A stretch of 54,431 nt of DNA, counting the filler, from Sluysia triapertura (Eukaryota): NCBI GenBank assembly GCA_046118255.1. It is 3 parts of 3 records of this genome, joined end to end, with 100 filler letters (N's around TTAATTAATTAA, not from the genome) between each part and the next. Parts side by side here need not be neighbours in the genome. Positions count along the whole stretch, not along the records: positions 39,251 to 54,431 come from JBJNIA010235778.1; 2 more parts are not named here. The stretch is one strand, 5' to 3'. Made by a program: the position numbers and the translations under genes. Every line of letters begins with the position of its first letter. Position 1 is the first letter of the stretch. Of the stretch, positions 39,151 to 49,100 are shown piece after piece. A model generated the notes under the pieces. That model worked only from the letters and a program-made list of their open reading frames with translations. It was not told the origin of the DNA and did not search any database.

Positions 39151-39250
39151 NNNNNNNNNNNNNNNNNNNNNNNNNNNNNNNNNNNNNNNNNNNNTTAATT
39201 AATTAANNNNNNNNNNNNNNNNNNNNNNNNNNNNNNNNNNNNNNNNNNNN
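39151..39250. other. artificial scaffold-concatenation linker
   Basis: 44 N + TTAATTAATTAA + 44 N. Confidence 0.95.
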
Positions 39251-40175
39251 ATTTATAAGTAATATCAATTAAAAAAGCGTTTTATTAATGTTTTTTATTG
39301 AAAAAACTTGATAATTTGTAAAATAAAGATTATATTGAATCTTAAATTTTGATTGGACGATTATTTTAAACAATCAAAATCGATAGAATTTTAATATAGA
39401 ATTTAAAATAGAATTGTTTTGTATATGAAAAAGAAAATCTTTCACTGAATCGCGCATATAAGATTTTTGAAGGAACATTTTATATCATTTTTAATCTATT
39501 GACAAACTTAATCTTATTTTATGCTTAAAGATTATATTAAAGTTTAACTTTAATCAAATATTACTCAAGGGTATTACATACTCAATGTTTATAAAGCATT
39601 AATTGGTCTAAATGTTCGCATGTTTAAGGGTACTTTAATACACCGAAATGATCTCAAGGGTCTAAGGTATTTTCTAATTCTCAAAATGATTATAGATATT
39701 ATCGTCTTCATCATTCTTACTATTTATCTGCATTTTTCGCTTCTACATCTTCCTCACTATTCCACGATTTGGGCAATCTCATAATACGAAAATTAAATTA
39801 TGCATTTCAAATACTTTCTATGATTATTATTATTATCACACTAGATCATTTAAACATTAACAAATCAAAGTCAAATATTTATACATTAATATTTATTGTG
39901 GGCCAATAAAAGTATTTTAAAATTTATCATCATCAATTTCATTTACACATTCAGATTAATTTAATTTAATTTTATTATTTATTTTTATTTATATTTAATT
40001 CGAACAAAATAATTCTTTTTATGATTTAATAGAAAATCTATATATTATTTCATTTATTTTCTCAAGTGAAGTGCAATTTTAATTTCTTATTTCTAATTAG
40101 CCAATCATAATAATTCTAGAAAATATAGCTATTTTATAAACTATAAAATATTAATTTATTATAATAAAAATAAAA

Positions 40176-43093
40176 CTAACAGCATGTTTTCTTTTTTAGT
40201 AACACTCGATATTTGCTACATTTACAGTGTTTAATTTTAATCTTCCAGCCAATCAATTTCATTTTGCAATTTGATTTGTTACACTGTGTCCAGAATGGTC
40301 TTGGTAACTGAATATGACACCCTAAATTAAATCTAAAATATATACCATCTTCGAACTTACGGAACGGTTTAATCGCTGTCTTTTGTTTCATGTTACAATC
40401 ATATGAACATTCTCCCTCAATACCTTTGAAATATGTAAATTTGGTTTTATAATATTTGTCTTTGTAACATTTTGTATTCACTGACGGTTTTGGACAACCT
40501 ATAAAAATAATAATTTATTTAATAATAATTATATAATCCATCCTAACCACAACATTTGCATTTCTTTTTCGACACTTCTTTCCAGACACATCTGCAATGC
40601 TTATGATCAAGTATTTGAGTAAGAGTATGAATTTTTTTCATGCATGTTTTGTGTCGATCGCATTTACCAACGATAATTTTCTTTCTGTGTCCACAATAAA
40701 CCAAATATTTATGATGCTGAGTTTCTTTAATACATTTGCCATGCTTGAGTAAAAATTTGGTTACCTTGGTTACATATTTACCATGGTTTTTATCACAAAA
40801 TTTATCCACACGACTTTTTGGACATTTACATCGTCTATAAAACGATTTAGAATTTGAAATATGACATTTTTTATGCTTTGAGTCCCACTTTTTAAATATT
40901 ATAATCTTTTTGCCAATGTAACCAGTTGATTTGCTACACTTTTTAACAACAATTTTCGTTGGACAACCTATTCAAAAATCATTCAAAATTTTTAACGTAA
41001 TTAACTTACGGCAATTTCGTTTTTTAACATGTATTCGAACTTTGCATGAACAAGTGTGAAAGTTTTTGAATTTTTTTACCAATTTTTCCACATAATATTT
41101 ACCATTACATTTCGATTTATACAAACGAACTTCACGTTTACAAACTGAAATTAAAAACATTATTTACTTAAATTGTTCTACTGATAATTGTAAGTAGGTT
41201 ATTTTCTAATAAAAATTAATATTACATATTGGTTCTTTTTTCGTACGAATGATTTTAACACATCGATTAGCTTTTTCAATCCATTTTTTGTATATTTTCA
41301 TATAAACATAATGACCATTATTTTTGTCACAAAATTTTCTATATACTGGTTTCTTTTTTGGACAACCACATTTTCTATACCATACTTTCTTTTGGGGAAT
41401 ACATTTACAATCTTTACGTAAATAGTACTTTTTGGTGTACTTTCGACGTTTAATCAACAAATTACATTTCGATCTATGGAAATAACCGTGATGACAATCT
41501 AATAAAAATAAAACCAATTTTAATACTTTTTAATTACTTATATTCATAAGTAGATTATTTTTTACAAAAAATTAAACTTACAAACTGGTCTTTCAGAAAC
41601 TGTTACTTTTTTCATACATTTTTTATGTAACTTATTAAAAATGTAAAACTTTTTAATTTTCATCCATTTATGACCTTCATTGTGGCATTTGATTTGTTCT
41701 TTTCCTTTGTGATTTTTGCAATCTAAATTTTACAAACAGTGGTTTAAAAAACTTACGACATTTACCACGGAACACGATTTTCGATCGCCTCAAGCATTTA
41801 CAATGTTTTGCAATATAGAATCTTTTAATTTTCAAGTAAATACCATTAGTATTTATGCATTTTTCATCAAAATTAATTTTTTTCGAACAATGAATGTCTT
41901 TACGCAATACACGGTGCTTCTTATAACACTTTTTATGTTTTCTAACATAAAAATACTTTTTTGAAATCCAAGTTTTGTTGTCAACACATTTTGGATGAGT
42001 TTTATATCCACTAGGACATTCTAAATTAGACAAAATTTCATTTCAATTTCATTGGTTCATATAAACCAATAATATTGTAATAATGATAAATGTATAATAA
42101 ATTGTAATTTAACATACTGCATTCGTATTTTTGATACAACTTTTTCTGTTTACATTTACAACCATCTTGATATTTTTTAATGAACACCAAATAACCCCAT
42201 TTCGAATGTTTATGACATTTTCGACCGATCTTCTTTTTATAAACTGGACAGACTGAACAAAATTCAATTTTAATAATGATAGATCTGCAATTATAAAAAA
42301 TTCACTTACATATTCGACGTTTAGTAAGTTTCATTCGGGGTTCACAATGGCAATAACGAGCAACTTTATATTTAACTGTTTTAACTACTGATTTTCGAGT
42401 TTTATCGCAATATACTTTCACGGATTTATGTGGACATTCTAAATAATAAATAATAATAAATAATAATTATTATTATCATTATTATTTTTTATTATTATAT
42501 AATGTTTGAAGATCAGCATCTATTAAAACAAACTAATAAAAACTTGAGTAAACTGGAAACATATTAAGTGAATAAATTTATACACATATTATCTACTATT
42601 GTTTAAAAGTAGAAAAAAATTCTGTAAAAATGAATCACATTTTAACATAAAAACATTAATTCTATTGTGAAATGATGTAAGAGAAAAATAGAAAAATATT
42701 TAGAAATAATTATTTCATTCACTAGAATGTATTAGGTTTTGTCGTCAAATTTTATTTTAAAAATTCTGTATTATCAAAAAATAGAGCATTTTAATTAAAA
42801 GAAAATAAAACAAATATAATTGCAACAAAGTACTAAGAAATTATTATTATTATCTAACTATATTACTTGATGGTAAATTTAATATAGTACGTTTTGTTTA
42901 AATAAATATTTATATTTTTACAATTTTTATTTAAAATTTTCTTTTGTAATTATTTTTTTTATTAGTCGTATTAAAATTTATTTATCTTTTTATGTATACT
43001 CATTTAGCTATACGTTTATTTGCATTTGTTTGAACTTATTAGTATATGTTTATTAAGTTATTTTAATTTTGTCATATAAAAATTTAATAATAA

Positions 43094-43127
<34 letters not shown>

Positions 43128-46100
43128 GTAAAAATAGTATTAATGATAATAGAAATAATAATAATAATGATAATAGTAATAATAAAAANNNNNNNNNNNN
43201 NNNNNNNNNNNNNNNNNNNNNNNNNNNNNNNNNNNNNNNNNNNNNNNNNNNNNNNNNNNNNNNNNNNNNNNNNNNNNNNNNNNNNNNNNNNNNNNNNNNN
43301 NNNNNNNNNNNNNNNNNNNNNNNNNNNNNNNNNNNNNNNNNNNNNNNNNNNNNNNNNNNNNNNNNNNNNNNNNNNNNNNNNNNNNNNNNNNNNNNNNNNN
43401 NNNNNNNNNNNNNNNNNNNNNNNNNNNNNNNNNNNNNNNNNNNNNNNNNNNNNNNNNNNNNNNNNNNNNNNNNNNNNNNNNNNNNNNNNNNNNNNNNNNN
43501 NNNNNNNNNNNNNNNNNNNNNNNNNNNNNNNNNNNNNNNNNNNNNNNNNNNNNNNNNNNNNNNNNNNNNNNNNNNNAATTTCTTACTCCATATGCAAAGT
43601 TTTGTTTTATATTTTCGCTTGCATTTACAATTTTTAATATATCCATATATTTTTCGAACAATCATTTTTCCATTTTTGAATTTTTTGCCTTTTTCTTCTC
43701 CTAAAAAGCCAACAGGACATAACACTCGATGGAGTTGTTCCTTGTGATATTTACTACATTTTTTATCATGCATAAATATCTTCAAATCTAAAGTAGTTCG
43801 AATATATTTATGTCTGATACATTTTTTCCACAATTTCTTTTCCGAAGCACAACAGCACGGTTTTCGGATCACTTTGACCAATTTTCGTACACATTTCTTG
43901 GAAAACATCAACCTTTCATCGTGAGCCAAACGATACCGATACCATTTTGTGGTGGAATAACAATGTTTGGAACAATGCTTATGAGGACCCAGTTTTAAGC
44001 AGTTCTTTGGACATGGAATTGTAAGTTTATGATACAAATTTTTACATCCACAAGGTTCTACAAATACTTTCCGTTTGGGTAGACAACGACAGCCATGTCG
44101 AACTAGTGTTTTGAAAATAATTTTTCGAAATTTCAATTTCATATTATGTCTCGAATAAGTACACGGTGATGTTTGACGTATCATTACTTTGTGACACACT
44201 GAATTTATTAATATTTACATTAAATATGCTACTGTTATTTATCAGTAGATTATTATTATTGAAAAAAACAAATTAAATCGAACTTATTGGAATTTTCTTA
44301 TTGATTAAAACTCGCAGACACGTCTTGTGTTTTGTCATATGAAATGTTTTGGTGCTATGAACAATAATACCACGTCTTTTGTCACAATATTTGATTTTCT
44401 GTTTTTTGGGACATCCTAAAAATTATTATATTATTTAGATAATATTAAATTTTTTATATTATTAAGTTTGTGTTAGACTTCATAAAATGGACTGACAGGG
44501 AATCGAACCCGGAACCTTTAGCTTCACAGCTGTGCGGTTTGATAAATTTTAAATATGTTGGGATACAGGCCTAAGGTGCCATTTAGTATAATTGAATATA
44601 ATAATCTAAAATTGTTAGACGGAAGCCCAATTTTTTCAGAAGAATATCATTTCAGGATCCCAAGAACCAAGTGATCCAAAGACAAACGTGTCAAGGGAAA
44701 CCTGACATTTAAGTTGAATTTTGACGGAATATTTCGTAATATTGAAAGTTTGGGCCGCCTTAAATTTCTCATAATCATCAATCGGCTACTTGAGAAAAAG
44801 TTGGGAGGAATTGGTACATTGCGCTTGCATATCAGGTGTTCGATAGTCACCAGTAAGTTGGTTTTCCGTATCAATTTTGACTGAGAAGCCCATTTGTTTA
44901 AGTTTACTATGTAAACATTCGAGAATTTTATTATGTCTGACTGTACTGCCAATGATAGTTCGAGGACAAAGAAATATAAGTGGGCAATTGTTTTCTGTTC
45001 AAAGCTACGTAACAGAAAGATGCAGTCGAATGTTTTGTGGAGAGAAATTAAGCTTAATAATACTGTTTCTAGCCTTAATCATAAAAATCCAACTTTGGTT
45101 GTTTAATTGTAAAGAAAACGGGCGATCAGATAGAGGACTTCTCATGAAGCATTCATCAAATGTTGGTATTGGAAATGTTAATCATTCATGAAGATATTTA
45201 CCTACTTTCTCTTTATGAAACCGATTTAATATGACTTCGTTTTCACCAAGGATGTAGTATTTGATTATATTATGTTTGTTTTATTATAGTCAATTATTAT
45301 ATTATTAAATTTGTCTTTATAAAACTAACGACATCGTATTTTCTTTTGCAAAAGTTGTACTTTGCAAACATTGTTAATTAAATAATAAACGAATTTCTTT
45401 TGCAGAATATAATAACCAAGACACGGGGTCGTTGTAACTTTAGATGGCGGACAACAGCATTTTCCAACAATAGATTTTTGTAATGTTAAACGACATTGAC
45501 ATTGTTGTGGTGACCATTTTTCAACATATTTTGTTTTAATACACGATTTCTTGTGACATTTATAAATTATCTGAAAAGTATATTAATTAGACTTTAGTGA
45601 TATTTTTTGGTATATTTTTTTTACCAATCCTACTTCATTATTTATGTGATTGGTTAATAGTTTATACAATTTCGAATGGCTAAAGATTGGACGATATAAT
45701 TGGCTAATAAAAAATGAACTACAGTGGTGGCCAAATTATCAGACTAAAGACAACCATTTTTGTGACAACACAATTAACTACAAATCAAAATGTTGTATCA
45801 GTACTTTATTTTTCCTTCTTTATTATGCAATAATTTCCACGGATGAGCTTGGGACACACGGTTTTTGTCAGAGTTTCAGTAAGTTCCGTCCTGATGGTTG
45901 GTTTGTGAGTAGAACTCTCTTTTTGGTAATCTCTCACAGATTATCTATGGGATTCATGTATGGAGAGACTTCAGGCCAGGGTATCAAATATAAGCCTAAT
46001 AATTTGGCCACAAATGTATAAAATTTATTGCTTCTACAAATCACATTGAGTGATCCATATCATAATTTGGATGTTCGTAAAATATGGTTTTAGACTGAAA

Positions 46101-49100
46101 AGATAACAAAAACGAATTTGTTACTAAATATATCATTGTCCGTGAATATTAACTTGAATTCGATTTGTTATTATCAAACATTATCTGAAAATCTGCTATT
46201 ATTTAAATATTATTCATCATTTCCCTTTTTGTAGCATGTTCAATAAATAGTTAACCTTTTGCTTCTTTTCACAATTAACATATTTCTTGCTTTTTGTAAC
46301 TATCTTTTTGCATTTATGATGCTCTTCCATTCGATATGTAATTTGATAAAATACCCATTTATTATCTTTACAATAAGGTCCTTTTCGTTTAAATCTTGGA
46401 CATTCTAAAATAAAATAAAATAATAATAAGAATAATTTAAAACTTACTGCATAAAACTTCAACTTTTCGTGATGAATAATGACATTTACAGTCTATAGCT
46501 TCAGATTTATGATAAACCACTGTTCTGGCTCCAGATTTGTGATCACATTTAGTACTAGTCGCCCAAGTTCCTTTACATTCTATAATAATGATACAAATTA
46601 TAAAAATGAACATATTTTAATCTATTTATAATAATAAGTAAATAAAAACTAAAAATTTCATAACTTACGAGCTACTTTTAAAATACGAGTGAATGTTTTT
46701 TTTATACATTTAACACAATTTTGATCATTATATTCATAAATAACTTTAATCAAACGATTATTTTTTTCGCATTTAGTATAAGAACCGTGTTCATGACGAC
46801 ATTCTAAATAATATCAAATTAACAAATGCCAACATAATCATACTGCATTCTTCCTTTGATTTAGTTTCGATATATCTACACATCTTTTTGTGTGATTGAT
46901 CACGAAAATATTTACGTATTATAGACCATCGATATCCTTTACAAAAATCACATTTAGTACGTCGTTGTATTGGTTGTTTTGGACAAGCTGAAAATAAACA
47001 CAATTTATCATATTATATTTTACTGATTATTGTCAGTATATAATTATTTGTTATTATTTATTTTTCTTACTTCCACAGGCGGAATATGTTCTTGCTATTA
47101 ATGGCATACATTTTCCATTATCGGCCAATTTGTAGCAAATTTTCTTTGTCATAAGATATTTATATTTCGGATGACACTGACTTTGAATGGTTCGACAATC
47201 AGGACATTCTGAAAATATGATTGGATAAATATTTTTTTGAAACATGTAAACTTTGAATTAAATCCAATTATTATTATGTAATGTTTAATTTTATTGGTTA
47301 CATTATAAATCAATAAAAATCTTACTACAAGATTGTGGATAACAAGTTAATCGACACATTTGTTTGTAAAATTCATGATCACATTTTCCTTCATGTTTAA
47401 TCACTTGGCAAACCTTAGTAGCAGCTTGATCTTGACATTTTACTTTACATAAACCACAAGTTAATGGACAAAATTCTTTCATAACCTCAAATTCACTTTT
47501 ACATCGACCTTGTTTTTGGTATTCAAGACATTTTGAATGAGACATTCGATCCAAACAAACTTTAAAAAAATTAAATTTAATACAAATAAGCTACTTATAT
47601 TAATAAGTAGACGTAAATATGTAAAAAAATATTTCTTACCATCTCTTAAACATTTACACGAAGATGGATGGACACAAATATTGCCATCTAATATATAACC
47701 AGGTTTACAGTCACAGCCATTTCGATGGGGTAATTTAAAGCATCGTTTACTTGTTTCAAAAAAATAATTTTCACACGTTTTAGGGCATGGATTCATATTT
47801 GTTACAAATAGTTTATTTTTTCCACAATTTAAAGCTAAAAATAATAACAAATTTTCAATTACTTACTAAAGTAAAAAGAATAAATTTAACAAAACAAAAC
47901 TATTCAAAACAACTAACGACAAAATTCAATCGTTCTCCACATAATAATTTTGCCTTTTTCTGAGCAAGCTTCAGCAGCTATAGCATGAACTTGACATGCA
48001 GCTTGGTACATCTTAATTGCATCCGGCCAAACTGAACAAACTTCTTTAATACAGCCACGATAAAAATGAAACGCTGTTTCACTACACTTCATAAATTGAC
48101 TATTGATTTCACCAGACAATCTACCACAAAATTTGTGACCAATTTCACGACTATGATGTTTCAAGCATTTTCTGGCATACTTAAATTCAGCTACTAATTT
48201 GCATTCATCACCGCCAGCATAATGTTTTTTCATTACATCATCGAGAGGGTTTCCTAGGTAAGAAATGTCGCAACTCATTTAATTTAAAATTAATTATTTT
48301 TTGTACTTAATTAATCTTTATAGTAGAATTATATTTCGCAATGTCGCACTTACAGGACGCAAAAAAATCAGATGTAAAATTGTTCACATTTCGTCAAATA
48401 AAACTGTTGATCACTGCTTTTTCATCATTGTCACTATGATCACTACTCTTCTATTTCACTTAGGTATTCTTTTGATGAAGGAAAATGCGAGAAGTTGGTT
48501 ATATACCCATAATATAGAAATCCGAATGAGAGTAACGAAGCGATGAGACTAGTAAATTATTTATCCATAATCATAGTTTAAGGCTTCCATAATTCTTAGA
48601 TACAATCAAATCTAAAATACCCAATCATACTATATACATCTGATATAGCCAAGCGCTAACATAAATAAACGACGCATACTCAACACTTCTGAAGGGTCAA
48701 TAAGCGTTAAATTCTTCAGAACTCTACCTGGTGACCCGTACCTAAAGGGTTAAAGAATTCTTAGATTATAATTAATGATAATAAAATAATTAATTAATTT
48801 TATAATGTTTATATTTCAAAACAACTGCAAGATATTTTTAATCATTTCAGAAATAGCCAAAATGATGTATTTCAATTTAGCACAATTTAATTTATTTTTA
48901 AATATATTTAAAACGAATATGAGAAGTTAAACAATCGTACTCACTTACGACCACAGTATGAAAAAAGAGTACTTCAATATTACTAATTATTCGGTTAATT
49001 GTTTATTATCATTATAGTCATTATAGTTATTATCATAATGAACAGACTTTATAATTAGTTAGTTTAAAATTAAAATTCAAAATAAACTACCATTACAATT

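Noticed and set aside
39740-39780. Possible extra final exon of the Cys/Lys-rich gene (YCPNRGIVRKM*)
   Set aside because: Weak GAG acceptor and early stop; cannot be supported without transcripts.
48660-48765. Possible degenerate hammerhead ribozyme or Penelope end (CTGGTGACCC...GGGTTAAAG)
   Set aside because: The catalytic core deviates (CTGGTGA, no GAAA) and no convincing GIY-YIG remnant is readable.
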